Shown: positions 9,507-21,947, numbered from the stretch's first letter. The stretch: DNA of 64,000 bases from Nitrospinota bacterium (GCA_022562795.1 JADFOP010000003.1:25197-89196), one strand, 5' to 3'. Program-made: numbers and translations. Notes: generated from the sequence alone by a model not told the origin.

Positions 9507-10700
9507 TTACTTTTTCCGCGATTTTCCGAATACGGTATTCCAGGCCTCCGTTTCGGCGACGCGCTGGACGGTTCGTAGGGCTAGGTCCTTGTCTTCCGCA
9601 ATCCGGCGGCAATCCTCGTATTCCGGCGCCACATTTAGGAGGCGGCCGGCCCGCCGTCCGACTTTGACGGCCACCGGCCCCCAGGGGGTCTCGACCGTGA
9701 GAAGCTCTCGATCCAACACGATCCGCCTGGTTGTGGTCCGACGGATGCCGAACGTTGTGGTCTCGGCAAAAAGGACGTCGGTGACCGCCTCGGCTGCCTC
9801 CGGCGGGGTGACGGCCGTCAGGGCCACTCCCGGGCGGTTCTTCTTCATCTGAATGGGCGTTAAGCCCACATCGAGCGCCCCGGCGGCGAAGCACCGGTTC
9901 ATGAGGTGGTCGAACACCTCGGGGGAGCAGTCGTCGATGTGAGTTTCCAACACAACGACCGTCTCGCCGGCGGCAAGCGGGTCGCGTTCTCCGAGAATTA
10001 TACGAAGGGCGTTTGGCCGCTCGGCCACATCGGCCTGGCCTGCGCCGTAGCCCACGGCCTGCGGCACCATAGGGGGCATGAGGCCGGATGAGGAGGCGAG
10101 CGTTGTGAGCAGGGCGGCGCCGGTTGGGGTGGCCAGCTCGAGGGGCGGCCCCTCGGCGTAACAAGAAAATCCGGCAAGGAGCTCTATTGTGGCGGGTCCG
10201 GGGACGGGCAAGGTGCCGTGGGCGGCCTTAACTGTGCCGCTGCCGGTGTTTACCGGCGAGGCGATAATCTCATCAACACCTAACCGGTGGAAGCCTGCGA
10301 CGGTGCCGACCACGTCTACGATCGCGTCAATGGCCCCAACCTCGTGGAAGCGGACCTCATCCACCGGGCAGCGATGGACTCGGGCTTCGGCTTCAGCCAG
10401 GCGGGTGAAGACGTGGGCCGCTCCCGCCCGGACCTCCTCGGGGAGGTCGGCCCCATCGACAATGGACAAAATGTCAGACAAGCGGCGGTGAGACTGCTCG
10501 TCGGCGGTAATTTCCACTGTGGCCAAGGTGCAGCCTATTCCGCAACGCTCGACCTCGGTCACCTCCAGACGCCATCCGCCCACGCCCAAGGTCTCGAGGT
10601 CGGCCCGGAGCGTATCCGCTGGCAGGCCCGCATCGAGAAGGGCTCCGAGGAACATGTCCCCGGCCACCCCGCTGAAACAGTCGCAGTAGGCGATAGTCAC
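9507..10700 (-). CDS. larC: LarC nickel-pincer cofactor biosynthesis protein (DUF111, Ni insertion/CTP-dependent)
   Basis: N-terminus MTIAYCDCFSGVAGDMFLGALLDAGL is the LarC/DUF111 hallmark. 397 aa. Confidence 0.8.
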   Translation of the reverse strand: MTIAYCDCFSGVAGDMFLGALLDAGLPADTLRADLETLGVGGWRLEVTEVERCGIGCTLATVEITADEQSHRRLSDILSIVDGADLPEEVRAGAAHVFTRLAEAEARVHRCPVDEVRFHEVGAIDAIVDVVGTVAGFHRLGVDEIIASPVNTGSGTVKAAHGTLPVPGPATIELLAGFSCYAEGPPLELATPTGAALLTTLASSSGLMPPMVPQAVGYGAGQADVAERPNALRIILGERDPLAAGETVVVLETHIDDCSPEVFDHLMNRCFAAGALDVGLTPIQMKKNRPGVALTAVTPPEAAEAVTDVLFAETTTFGIRRTTTRRIVLDRELLTVETPWGPVAVKVGRRAGRLLNVAPEYEDCRRIAEDKDLALRTVQRVAETEAWNTVFGKSRKK

Positions 10701-11482
10701 TCGTCTCCCCCCGAATGCTGTGGCTTTTCTCCCAAGCGGTTTATTGAGTGGGCCATAGTCCCGGCGCCGAAACCGTTATCGATGTTAACTACGGCGACCC
10801 CCGGCGCGCAGGTATTGAGCATGGTGAGCAGGGCAGCCAGGCCACCGAAGCTCGCCCCATAACCGACCGAGGTCGGCACAGCGATGACCGGCGCATCAAC
10901 CAGGCCCCCGATGACGCTAGGCAGCGCGCCGTCCATTCCGGCCACTACGACGATGACTCGGGCCTCATCAAGGCTCTCCCGCGCATCCAGGAGTCGGTGA
11001 ATCCCCGCCACACCGACGTCGTAGAGACGCTCTGTCCGGCTGCCCAAAACTTGTGCAGTTACTGCGGCTTCCTCTGCCACGGGAATATCCGAGGTGCCGG
11101 CGGTAACGACGAGGACTTTCCCGAGGGTGGGAACCACCGCCTCTCGTTGGATGACGACGGTACGGGCCAGCGAATTGTGCTCTGCACAAGTGTCCATGGC
11201 TTTCAGGCGTTCGGCCAGGGTTTCATCCACCCTCGTGGCCAGCACCGTTGAGCCCCCTGCGAGGAGAGAGGCCACGATAGCCTCCACATCCTCGGGCCTC
11301 TTGCCCTCGCAGTAGACCACCTCCGGGGAGCCGGTCCTCAAGGGCCGATGATGGTCGATTCGGGCGAAGCCGAGGTTCTCGAAGGGGAGGTTCCGGAGGG
11401 TTTCCACCGCTTCCTCAGGGCTCATCGCGCCCTGAGCCACGGCCTGGAGCATCTCCCTGAGCCGGGTTGGGTCCATCGCCAC
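10697..11482 (-). CDS. larB: LarB (PurE-like pyridinium-3,5-biscarboxylic acid mononucleotide synthase)
   Basis: PurE-like fold motifs VLVVTAGTSDIPVAEEA and VIVVVAGMDGALPSVIGG. Overlaps larC by 4 nt. Confidence 0.8.
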   Translation of the reverse strand: MAMDPTRLREMLQAVAQGAMSPEEAVETLRNLPFENLGFARIDHHRPLRTGSPEVVYCEGKRPEDVEAIVASLLAGGSTVLATRVDETLAERLKAMDTCAEHNSLARTVVIQREAVVPTLGKVLVVTAGTSDIPVAEEAAVTAQVLGSRTERLYDVGVAGIHRLLDARESLDEARVIVVVAGMDGALPSVIGGLVDAPVIAVPTSVGYGASFGGLAALLTMLNTCAPGVAVVNIDNGFGAGTMAHSINRLGEKPQHSGGDE

Positions 11483-11490
11483 CTCCGCTC

Positions 11491-12495
11491 TTAGTCCGTT
11501 TCCACTTTCGGGTCACGGGCCATGAGCTTCTCCACGGCGACTAAAGGAGCTTTTTCCCGATAGAGTATGGCCGCGACTTGTTCGGCTATCGGAAGCTCGA
11601 CCGCGTATTTCGCTCCCAGAGCCACGATAGCGGGGGTGGTTTTCACGCCCTCGGCGACCTCGTCGGTCTCCTTAAGGATGGCCTCGAGGGACATTCCCTG
11701 CCCGATCTTCAAGCCCACCGAGCGGTTGCGCGACAGAGCCCCCGTGCAGGTCAGGACCAGATCCCCAAGGCCCGCCAGCCCGGCGAAGGTCTCGGCGTCG
11801 CCCCCCATGGCGACACCGAGACGGGACATCTCGGCCAGGCCTCGAGCAATGAGAGCCGACCTCGCATTGAAGCCCAGCTCCAAACCGTCGGAAACCCCAC
11901 AGGCGATGGCCACAACGTTCTTATGCGCTCCGGCGAGCTCCACCCCCAGGATGTCTCGGTTCGTGTAGACTCGGAAGTATGAGGTGTTGAAGAGGGCCTG
12001 GACGGCCGAGGCGGCCTCGGCGTCTGCGCTCGCCGCCACAAGGGCCGTTGGCAGCTTGCCGGCCACCTCCTTGGCAAAGCTCGGACCCGATAGAGCCACT
12101 ATGGCCCGTCGTTTTCCGGAGGGGATCTCCTCGGTCATAATTCCGCCGACAGTCTGGAGGCTATCCTGTTCGATCCCCTTGGAGGCGGTGATGAGCAGGG
12201 TTGATGGGGGTAAGTGAGGCTCAAGAGCCCTAAGGACGGCCCGCGCCCCGAAGGTGGGAACGACCGAGAGCACCGTCGTTGCAGAGCCTGCGAGCGAAAG
12301 GTCGTTGGTCGGGGTAAGGGACTCCGGCAGGGGGTAACCTGGTAAAAACCAACGGTTTTCCCGATCCCGGGCCATCTCCTCGGCAAGTTCAGGCTCACGC
12401 ACCCATAGGGTCACGGCGCGGCCCAGCTCGGCAAGGTGGATTGCCAGGGTCGTGCCCCAACTACCGGCTCCAACGACGGCGATGGGCTCAGTCAC
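11491..12495 (-). CDS. gpsA: NAD(P)H-dependent glycerol-3-phosphate dehydrogenase
   Basis: AVVGAGSWGTTLA Rossmann motif, with LSGPSFAKEV and GAHKNVVAIACG motifs. GTG start. Confidence 0.9.
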   Translation of the reverse strand: MTEPIAVVGAGSWGTTLAIHLAELGRAVTLWVREPELAEEMARDRENRWFLPGYPLPESLTPTNDLSLAGSATTVLSVVPTFGARAVLRALEPHLPPSTLLITASKGIEQDSLQTVGGIMTEEIPSGKRRAIVALSGPSFAKEVAGKLPTALVAASADAEAASAVQALFNTSYFRVYTNRDILGVELAGAHKNVVAIACGVSDGLELGFNARSALIARGLAEMSRLGVAMGGDAETFAGLAGLGDLVLTCTGALSRNRSVGLKIGQGMSLEAILKETDEVAEGVKTTPAIVALGAKYAVELPIAEQVAAILYREKAPLVAVEKLMARDPKVETD

Positions 12496-12521
12496 GGGCT
12501 GAACACCCCCAGTACCGGCAC

Positions 12522-13991
12522 TTAGCCCTTGACCACCCCCAAGGGCCGAACTTTGGCAACCGTAGTGGCGATACCCGCCCCTTGGACCACCCGAACCACA
12601 TCGCTCACGTCCTTGTAGGCCTCCGAGATCTCCTCCACAACGGTGCGGCGGCCCGCGGCTCGAAGAATAATGCCCTTATCCTCCATCTCACGGAAGATTG
12701 ACCGGCCCTTGGCCAGCCGGGTTGCCGCTTTGCGGCTCATGAGACGCCCGGCGCCGTGGCACGAGGAACCCCAGGTCTCTTCCATAGCCTCGGGGGTGCC
12801 GACAAGGATGAAGCTGTATCGGCCCATATCACCGGGAATTAGGACGGGCTGGCCCACATGCCGGTAGGCCTCGGGTACCTCGGGGTGGCCCTTGGGGAAC
12901 GCCCGCGTCGCCCCTTTGCGGTGGACCATGAGGGGGCGCTTCCGGCCCTCGTGCGTGTGCTCCTCGAGCTTGACGATGTTATGAGCCACATCGTAGAGGA
13001 GCTTCATGCCGAGGTCTCGCGGCCCCATGCCGAGGGCCTTCTCGAAGGCCTCCCGTGCCCAATGAGTCATTGCCTGGCGGTTGGCCCAGGCGTAATTGGC
13101 CGCCCCAACCATTGCCCCCAGGTAGTCCTGGCCCTCAGGGCTGGAGTACGGCGCGCAGGCGAGTTGCTTATCGGGCAGTTGGATGTCGTACTTTCGAAGC
13201 GCATGCTCCATAACCACCAGATAGTCGGTGCAGACTTGGTGGCCGAAGCCCCTGGAGCCGGAATGAATCATGAGTGTAATCTGGCCTTTCCATAGGCCGA
13301 AGGCCTTAGCCACGTCCGCCTCATAAATCTCATCGACGACTTGCACCTCGGCGAAGTGGTTGCCACTGCCGAGCGTTCCGAGCTGCTTTCGGCCCCTGTC
13401 GAAGGCCTTCTTCGAGATGGCGTCAGGATCGGCCCCCTCCATCGCGCCGCCGCTTTCGGTGTGGTCCAGGTCTTCCGTCGTCCCGAATCCTTGCTCGACC
13501 GCCCAGCGTGAGCCTTTCGTTACTACCTTCTTAGCGTCGCTTTGCGAAAGGGTGATTTTACCTTTCGAGCCAAGGCCGCTTGGCAGCGCGTGGAAGAGGC
13601 TTTCGATTAAGGGGCGCATATGCTCTTGGACATCTTCTTGTTTGAGATTGGTCGTCAGGAGGCGTACTCCGCAGTTGATGTCGAAACCCACGCCGCCCGG
13701 GGTAATTACCCCGTCGGCGTCAGGGTCGGTCGCTATAACACCCCCTATAGGCAACCCATAGCCAAAGTGAATATCTGGCATGGCAAGGGAGCGGCCGACG
13801 ATCCCCGGCAGAGTGGCGGCGTTTGCCACCTGTTCTACGCAGTCGTCCTTTTCAATGTCGGCCATGAGCTTGTCGTCGGCGTAGATGAGACCGGGGACCC
13901 TCATGCCCTCCTTGTAGTCTATTGGGACCTCCCAACGGTAGGGGTCCAATCGTTTCAAAGGCTTCTTAGTACCTCTATCTTCCATTTTCAT
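12522..13991 (-). CDS. rtcB: RNA-splicing ligase RtcB
   Basis: DIHFGYG, GFDINCGVRLL and HSGSRGFGHQ motifs. GGAGG RBS. Confidence 0.9.
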   Translation of the reverse strand: MKMEDRGTKKPLKRLDPYRWEVPIDYKEGMRVPGLIYADDKLMADIEKDDCVEQVANAATLPGIVGRSLAMPDIHFGYGLPIGGVIATDPDADGVITPGGVGFDINCGVRLLTTNLKQEDVQEHMRPLIESLFHALPSGLGSKGKITLSQSDAKKVVTKGSRWAVEQGFGTTEDLDHTESGGAMEGADPDAISKKAFDRGRKQLGTLGSGNHFAEVQVVDEIYEADVAKAFGLWKGQITLMIHSGSRGFGHQVCTDYLVVMEHALRKYDIQLPDKQLACAPYSSPEGQDYLGAMVGAANYAWANRQAMTHWAREAFEKALGMGPRDLGMKLLYDVAHNIVKLEEHTHEGRKRPLMVHRKGATRAFPKGHPEVPEAYRHVGQPVLIPGDMGRYSFILVGTPEAMEETWGSSCHGAGRLMSRKAATRLAKGRSIFREMEDKGIILRAAGRRTVVEEISEAYKDVSDVVRVVQGAGIATTVAKVRPLGVVKG

Positions 13992-14050
13992 GAGGTAGGA
14001 CCTCCGCTAAAATGCAGCCTTTTTGCGTTTTCACCTCGCCCCGGCGGCCT

Positions 14051-14473
14051 TCAAACGTCGACTATGACGTAGGCTTCCCACCCTGAGGGACCCTCGACCA
14101 CCCGTGCCAGGTGATAGGTCGCCGCCTTAAGCTCGGTCCCCAGCGTGTGGCGGTCTTCGTCTATTGGCTCTCCCCACGCAGTGGCCTCAATTCTGGAGGG
14201 GTCGAAGGCCGTAATCTCAAACCGCCGAAAGAGAACGTCGTGGACATCGTGAAGGTAGATGAGCTCGTTCAACCATGAGACGAGCAGCCCTTCAAGGCTA
14301 ATGCCCTCACACACGACCGAAAAGGGTTGGGTCGGCTCTATCGCCTCAAGATCGGTGACGAGGCTAAAGAGCCCCTCAGCTGCGTGGATGAATGCTTCCT
14401 CGCAAGTGGCCCCTGTAGCCAGCACCCCCACATCGGCCGTCGTGCCAATAATCTCAAACGGTCGGTCGGCCAT
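14051..14473 (-). CDS. archease (RtcB activator)
   Basis: 140-aa protein with an archease-like sequence (FEIIGTTADVGVLATG ... KAATYHLARVVE) immediately downstream of rtcB. Confidence 0.75.
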   Translation of the reverse strand: MADRPFEIIGTTADVGVLATGATCEEAFIHAAEGLFSLVTDLEAIEPTQPFSVVCEGISLEGLLVSWLNELIYLHDVHDVLFRRFEITAFDPSRIEATAWGEPIDEDRHTLGTELKAATYHLARVVEGPSGWEAYVIVDV

Positions 14474-14522
14474 GGATGTACCTATAAGATAAAGGCGTTT
14501 GCTACGCTCTTCAAGATTAAAG

Positions 14523-15383
14523 TTAGCGTAGGGCGCTCAGCGAGGGCATGTAGCTGAAGACGGCGTTAATCTGGAGCCGTCTCTTTGTAATCCGCCTCGG
14601 GAAGGGATTATAAGGGTTAGCCATCTTGACGGCCCGAACGGCCTCATCATCCAAGAGGCGAGACCCGCTGGAACGCAACAGACGCACATCTTCGAGTCGT
14701 CCGTCATGCAGAATGGTAAAACGGAGCATAAGTTCACCAAAGATTCCCGTCCTGGCGGCCTCCTCAGGATAGTTCCAGACGAGCTCGATCTGTCGTTTGA
14801 TAGTGGCGAAGTAGGATATGTAACGGAAATCCCGGGTATCGAGACTCACCACCTCCGCTTCTTCGGCATTCAGGTCGAGGCTGGCGTACCGCTCGAGGTC
14901 GGCCCCGCTCAACAGGGGTAGTTTTCTAAGCTTTGGCACCCCTTGTGGCAAAATTCTCGGCCGCTCGGAGAGCCTTGCCGTCAGCGCCTCTTTCGGTTTT
15001 GGCGGTTCAAGCTTCTGCTTGACGGGCTTCGGGAGGGGCTTCTCAAGCGGAGGGACAATGGGCCGGGTGGGTTTTATTGCCTTGGCCATAATTCGAACCT
15101 TTGGATGCTTTGGCTCACGAACACGTTCCAATACTTTTGGCCCCTTGGCCCGTCGGTCGGCGTTGCTGAGGGCCGCCGTTTTCGTCTTGATGGGGGTTTG
15201 CTCCTTCTTGGGTTTCGGCAGATCGGTGATAATTCGGACCATGACCGGAACATTGGGCTTCATTACGTTTGACGACAGCGACGGGTAGAAGGCAAGGAAG
15301 AAAATGGTGTGAGCCAGGAGAGAAACCAGTATAAAGCGTGGGCCGTGGAGCCCCTGGCGTGGAATACTTTCAAGATTGATCAT
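14523..15383 (-). CDS. TonB C-terminal-domain protein (energy transducer-like)
   Basis: TM helix FILVSLLAHTIFFLAFY, then a Pro/Lys-rich spacer (PKPKKEQ..KPLPKPVKQKLEPPKPKE), then the TonB_C fold ending ...AVKMANPYNPFP. Start set at the internal ATG; the ORF-track TTG start sits in AT-rich intergenic sequence. Confidence 0.6.
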   Translation of the reverse strand: MINLESIPRQGLHGPRFILVSLLAHTIFFLAFYPSLSSNVMKPNVPVMVRIITDLPKPKKEQTPIKTKTAALSNADRRAKGPKVLERVREPKHPKVRIMAKAIKPTRPIVPPLEKPLPKPVKQKLEPPKPKEALTARLSERPRILPQGVPKLRKLPLLSGADLERYASLDLNAEEAEVVSLDTRDFRYISYFATIKRQIELVWNYPEEAARTGIFGELMLRFTILHDGRLEDVRLLRSSGSRLLDDEAVRAVKMANPYNPFPRRITKRRLQINAVFSYMPSLSALR

Positions 15384-15832
15384 CGGTTTCGAATACCCTG
15401 TGGGGGGTTGTAAGCCTCGGGAGGGGCAGGCCAGGCGACTCGTCGAAGAGATATCATACCATTTCGCTTGACGCGCATCAAGAAAAAATACCTCTGGCAA
15501 ATATTGATGCTGAGTTTTAAATAACTGGATGTAACTGCTCAATTAAGCAATGAAAACAAACCTACGCCTCCATCCTTTTCCCACTTTGAAAAAGAAGATT
15601 GGTGAAGGGCGCCGGTTCGGCCGGTCGGACCGAGGATCTTCCAACCCTGCTGCCTATTCCTTGAGCAATCTGGATCACCGGGCTGCCTCACTGTAACCCT
15701 TTAGAATCCCGCCATTTATATACTTCCCCTCAGCTACCCTGCCCCACTGGGTAGCATCCATAGCCCCAGCAGAGGAAGATATGGGCGCCCGAAGTTTTTC
15801 ATTATCAAGCCATTAGAGGTCCTTCAGCCCTT

Positions 15833-15848
15833 TGGTATCACTCTTGCT
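15833..15848 (+). promoter_or_regulatory. sigma-54 (-24/-12) promoter upstream of amt
   Basis: TGGTAT-N5-TTGCT (GG-N10-GC spacing) ~70 nt upstream of the amt ATG. GGGAGA RBS at 15905. Confidence 0.5.
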
Positions 15849-15916
15849 GTAACGGATGATGTCAGTTGGGAGTCTTGGAGTGCAACATTAACCATTCAAC
15901 TTGCGGGAGAACCTCA

Positions 15917-17230
15917 ATGAGCCGTAGCAAACGCTGGTCATTAGTGAGTGCCCTGGTCACATACGCGATCGTAGCCCTGCCTGCCCTGGCACTGGCCGAT
16001 GAGGCTGCAAAACTCGATTCGGGCGACACCGCCTGGATGCTTACCTCTACCGCCCTGGTGTTATTCATGACCATTCCGGGCCTATCGCTGTTCTACGCCG
16101 GAATGGTGCGTTCCAAGAACGTGCTGTCAGTCTTAATGCAGTGTTTCACTATCACCGCACTGATGACGGTTTTGTGGACCGTCTACGGCTATAGCTTGGC
16201 ATTTACAGACGGCGGCGCCCTCAACGCCTTCATCGGTGGCCTTAGCAAGTTATTTCTGATTGGAGTGACGGTGGATGCCCTAAGCGGCACCATCCCCGAG
16301 AGCGTTTTTATGATCTTCCAGATGACCTTCGCGATCATCACCCCAGCGCTCATCGTGGGGGCTTTCGCCGAGCGCATGAAGTTTACCGCCATGATGCTTT
16401 TCATGGCGGCCTGGGTGACCATAGTCTACGCCCCGGTTTGTCACTGGGCGTGGGGTGGCGGATGGATGGGCAGTATAGGCGTCTTGGACTTTGCTGGCGG
16501 CACCGTGGTGCACATCAATGCCGGGGTCGCCGGCTTGGTCGCCGCCATCTTACTTGGCAAACGCAAGGGTTTTCCGGCCACGCCCATGCCGCCGCACAGC
16601 CTTCCGCTAACGGTAATCGGCGCGGGCATGCTCTGGGTCGGTTGGTTTGGGTTCAATGCCGGCAGTCAGCTGGCCGCGGACGGCACCGCTGGAATGGCTA
16701 TGGTGGTGACCCAGGTCGCTACAGCTACCGCCGCCCTGGCTTGGATGTTCATGGAGTGGTGCAGGCACGGCAAACCAACCGCCTTGGGTATCGTGACCGG
16801 CGCGGTTGGGGGCCTCGTTGCCATCACCCCCGCTTCCGGGTTCGTTGGACCAATTGGGGCCCTGGTCATCGGCGCGGCCTCCGGCGTTTTATGCTTCTTG
16901 GCCTCCACGACTCTCAAAAGCAAGATGGGTTATGACGACTCACTTGACGTCTTCGGTGTGCATGGAATCGGCGGAATCGTTGGAGCTCTTCTCACGGGCG
17001 TTTTCGTATCCTCCAGCTTTGGCGGGGCGGGCCTCAGCGAAGGAATGACCATGGTGGGCCAAGTGGGGATTCAGGTGCTCGGCGTTACCGGCACTATCGT
17101 TTACTGCGGTATCGCCAGTTACGCCATCCTCAAGGTGGTGGATGCCGTAGTGGGCCTTCGGGTCGATGAGGAGGAGGAAACCCTGGGGCTCGATCTTTCC
17201 CTGCACGACGAGCGTGGCTACAACCTGTGA
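15917..17230 (+). CDS. amtB: ammonium transporter
   Basis: Signal peptide, then the Amt family pattern (DSGDTAWMLTSTALVLFMTIPGLSLFYAG ... multiple TM segments). 437 aa from ATG 15917. Confidence 0.9.
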   Translation: MSRSKRWSLVSALVTYAIVALPALALADEAAKLDSGDTAWMLTSTALVLFMTIPGLSLFYAGMVRSKNVLSVLMQCFTITALMTVLWTVYGYSLAFTDGGALNAFIGGLSKLFLIGVTVDALSGTIPESVFMIFQMTFAIITPALIVGAFAERMKFTAMMLFMAAWVTIVYAPVCHWAWGGGWMGSIGVLDFAGGTVVHINAGVAGLVAAILLGKRKGFPATPMPPHSLPLTVIGAGMLWVGWFGFNAGSQLAADGTAGMAMVVTQVATATAALAWMFMEWCRHGKPTALGIVTGAVGGLVAITPASGFVGPIGALVIGAASGVLCFLASTTLKSKMGYDDSLDVFGVHGIGGIVGALLTGVFVSSSFGGAGLSEGMTMVGQVGIQVLGVTGTIVYCGIASYAILKVVDAVVGLRVDEEEETLGLDLSLHDERGYNL

Positions 17231-17402
17231 TTGTCAGATCCGACTATACGCTTTCCAGTATGAGGGGTCCGGCCCTATAGCGGGCCGCACCCATCTTTCT
17301 TGCAGGCCCCGAGGTCGGCATCGTACCACGAAAACAGGCCACTCATTGGACCCTGTTCTCCCGCCCGCCACCTCGGGGCTTTCTACTGTTTGATCCACCT
17401 TA

Positions 17403-17444
17403 CAAATACAAAAAGAAATACCCCGCACCGCTCGCGGTGCGGGG
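17403..17444 (-). terminator. rho-independent terminator of glnA
   Basis: Hairpin CCCCGCACCGcgagCGGTGCGGGG followed on the minus strand by TATTTCTTTTTGTATTTG. Confidence 0.7.
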
Positions 17445-17467
17445 TCATCCTTCCGGTTGATCTGTAA

Positions 17468-18880
17468 CTAGCAATCGTAGTAGAGGGCGAACTCTATCGG
17501 ATGGGGCCTGAGCCGCAGCTCATCGACCTCAACCGTTCGCTTGAAATCCAACCAGGTCTCGATGACGTCTTCGGTAAAGACGTCGCCCTTGAGGAGAAAC
17601 TCGTGGTTGGCCTCCAGGGCGTCGAGGGCCTCGTCGAGCGAGCCAGGGACGCTCGGCACTTTCGCAAGCTCCTCGGGGGGGAGCTCGTAGATGTCTTCGT
17701 CCATCGGCTCGCCCGGGTCCATTTTGTTTTGGATGCCGTCGAGCCCGGCCATGAGCATGGCGCTGAAGGCGAGGTAGCCGTTGCACGACGGGTCGGGAAA
17801 GCGCACCTCAATGCGCTTGGTCTTGGGATTGGGCGAGTACATGGGGATGCGCACACCCGTCGAGCGGTTTCGGCTCGAATAGGCGAGATTAACCGGGGCC
17901 TCGAAGCCCGGCACGAGCCGCTTGTAGCTGTTGGTCGTTGGGGCTACTAAGGCACACAGCGCCGGGGCGTGGTGGAGGATGCCCCCGATGTAGTAGAGGG
18001 CCATCTGGGAAAGCCCCCCGTAGAGGTCGCCGGCGAAGAGCGGCTCGCCGTCCTTCCAGATCGACTGGTGGACGTGCATGCCGGTCCCGTTGTCGTTCCA
18101 GATGGGCTTCGGCATGAAGGTGGCCGTCTTACCGTTTCGGAGGGCTACGTTTTTCACGATGAACTTGTACCACATGAGATTGTCGGCCATTTTCTTGAGC
18201 GAGTCGAACTTTATGTCGATCTCACCTTGGCCCGCCGTGCCCACCTCGTGGTGCTGCGCCTCTATATTCATGCCAACCGACTCCATCACCAGGCACATCT
18301 CCGTCCGGATATCTTGCAGCGTGTCAGTGGGCGAGAGGGGGAAATAGCCCTCTTTGTACTGAGGCTTGTAGCCGAGGTTGGGACCCTCCTCCCGACCCGT
18401 GTTCCAACGGCCCTCCACAGAGTCGATGTAATAAAACGCGTGCTGCTCTCTACAATCGAAGCGGATGTCGTCCAGGATGAAGAACTCCGCCTCTGGACCG
18501 AAGTAGGCAACATCGCCGATTCCGGATGCGACGAGGTATGCCTCGGCCTTCTGGGCTATGTTTCGAGGATCGCGGCTGTACTTCTCCCGGGTGATGGGGT
18601 CCACGATGTCGCATATCATCGACAAGGTCGGCTCTTTGGTGAAGGGGTCCATGACGGCCGTCGCTGGATCTGCCACGGCGAGCATGTCTGAGGCGTGAAT
18701 GGCCTGCCAGCCGCGGATGGACGAGCCGTCGAAACCGTAGCCCTCTTCAAATGCGTCCTCAGAGAGCTCGGAGATCGGAACCGAGAAGTGTTGCCAGAGG
18801 CCGGGGAAGTCCATGAATTTCAGGTCGACCATCTTGGCGCCGTTCTCTTTGGCAAAAGCAATAACCTCTTTCGGCGTCAT
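17468..18880 (-). CDS. glnA: glutamine synthetase type I
   Basis: GlnA catalytic motifs throughout. Start trimmed to ATG (MTPKEV...) because the upstream codons AAAAAGGAGGGGA form its RBS. Confidence 0.9.
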   Translation of the reverse strand: MTPKEVIAFAKENGAKMVDLKFMDFPGLWQHFSVPISELSEDAFEEGYGFDGSSIRGWQAIHASDMLAVADPATAVMDPFTKEPTLSMICDIVDPITREKYSRDPRNIAQKAEAYLVASGIGDVAYFGPEAEFFILDDIRFDCREQHAFYYIDSVEGRWNTGREEGPNLGYKPQYKEGYFPLSPTDTLQDIRTEMCLVMESVGMNIEAQHHEVGTAGQGEIDIKFDSLKKMADNLMWYKFIVKNVALRNGKTATFMPKPIWNDNGTGMHVHQSIWKDGEPLFAGDLYGGLSQMALYYIGGILHHAPALCALVAPTTNSYKRLVPGFEAPVNLAYSSRNRSTGVRIPMYSPNPKTKRIEVRFPDPSCNGYLAFSAMLMAGLDGIQNKMDPGEPMDEDIYELPPEELAKVPSVPGSLDEALDALEANHEFLLKGDVFTEDVIETWLDFKRTVEVDELRLRPHPIEFALYYDC

Positions 18881-18938
18881 TCCTATCCCCTCCTTTTTCA
18901 TCTCTCACGTACTGATAAGGAAACAGCGTGGCTGAAAG

Positions 18939-19325
<387 letters not shown>

Positions 19326-19530
19326 TTAACTGTTGAGCGCTAGCAAGCGCTCTCACGAATGGGGCTATCTTCAGGAGGTGCTTGACCGTAACACACCACC
19401 GTGAGCCGTGTAAAGGGGAAAGTTCGGAACGTTTTGTGAGCCACAGGGCCTCACCGGCAGCCCCGTCGAATGCCGGTTTCCTCCCGCCTCACTGCAGGCG
19501 GTCTCCCCATCAACCCTGCAAAATGTGATA

Positions 19531-19548
19531 AAGCAAGAGTCGTGCCAC
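19531..19548 (-). promoter_or_regulatory. sigma-54 promoter upstream of glnB-glnA
   Basis: Minus-strand reading GTGGCACGACTCTTGCTT is a perfect TGGCAC-N5-TTGCT, ~250 nt upstream of glnB. Confidence 0.5.
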
Positions 19549-19736
19549 TTTGGGGGCATCCGGTGTTGTGGTATCGCCTTGATTTTTTGGATGTTACGCG
19601 ATGGTGGCTTGGCGCCGATGATGGGAGAGTGGGGGGGCTGACCGATTTCGCGCCACCTCTGCCGCCGAATGCGTGCGTACCGTTGAAAACAGGGAGTTTC
19701 CACTACTGCTTACCTATCGGGCAGCGTGCTTATTAA

Positions 19737-19772
19737 ACCATCGGCCGGCCCCGAGCTGGGAGCCGGCCGATG
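19737..19772 (-). terminator. putative terminator after groEL
   Basis: GC-rich inverted repeat CATCGGCCGG...CCGGCCGATG just beyond the groEL stop, followed on the minus strand by GGTTTAATAA. Confidence 0.4.
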
Positions 19773-19803
19773 GGTGAGGAACCAGGCCAGAGGCGTAGGG
19801 ACC

Positions 19804-21447
<1,644 letters not shown>

Positions 21448-21469
21448 TTATGTATCCAGGGTGCTTGCC

Positions 21470-21763
21470 TTATGCAATGATGGCAAAGACGTCTTCCTCG
21501 CGCAGGATGAGGTACTCCTCATCGTCGATCATGACATCGGTGCCAGAGTACTTGCCGAAAAGTACGAGATCGCCGACCTTTACGTCCATCGGCTGACGCT
21601 CGCCGCTTTCCAAGCGGCGGCCCTCGCCAACGGCAACAACCTCGCCCTCCTGAGGCTTTTCCTTGGCGGTGTCCGGGATGATGATGCCTCCCTTTTTGAC
21701 CTCTTGCTCTTCGATCCTTCTTAAGAGGATGCGGTCATGGAGAGGTCGCACTTTTGCGCTCAT
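21470..21763 (-). CDS. groS: co-chaperonin GroES
   Basis: [21 protein letters not shown]...; 97 aa. Confidence 0.95.
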   Translation of the reverse strand: MSAKVRPLHDRILLRRIEEQEVKKGGIIIPDTAKEKPQEGEVVAVGEGRRLESGERQPMDVKVGDLVLFGKYSGTDVMIDDEEYLILREEDVFAIIA

Positions 21764-21877
21764 ATAAGCTCCTCACTGCCACCTCGCAGTGGCGGATGGG
21801 CCCGGTAGGTTGGGGCCAATTCGTCTCGACGGTTAACGGCTTGATGCGCCGTACCCTAACGTATGGTTTCTAACCTA

Positions 21878-21904
21878 TTAGCACTCTCCAGTGGAGAGTG
21901 CTAA
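21878..21904. promoter_or_regulatory. CIRCE operator (HrcA site) of groESL
   Basis: TTAGCACTC-N9-GAGTGCTAA is the exact CIRCE consensus. It sits inside a longer palindrome AACCTATTAGCACTC...GAGTGCTAATAGGTT. Confidence 0.9.
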
Positions 21905-21918
21905 TAGGTTGCAGTAAG

Positions 21919-21947
21919 ATATATACTCATCGCAACCGTTCGGTCAA
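21919..21947 (-). promoter_or_regulatory. sigma-70-like promoter of groESL
   Basis: Minus-strand TTGACC-N16-TATATA immediately upstream of CIRCE. Confidence 0.45.

Noticed and set aside
9487-10164. 225-aa minus-strand ORF
   Set aside because: It is in an alternative frame of larC, whose DUF111 signature is unambiguous.
17494-18691. ORFs of 120-240 aa overlapping glnA on both strands
   Set aside because: glnA has unambiguous homology across its whole length. The alternative frames have Arg/Pro/Ala-biased junk composition.
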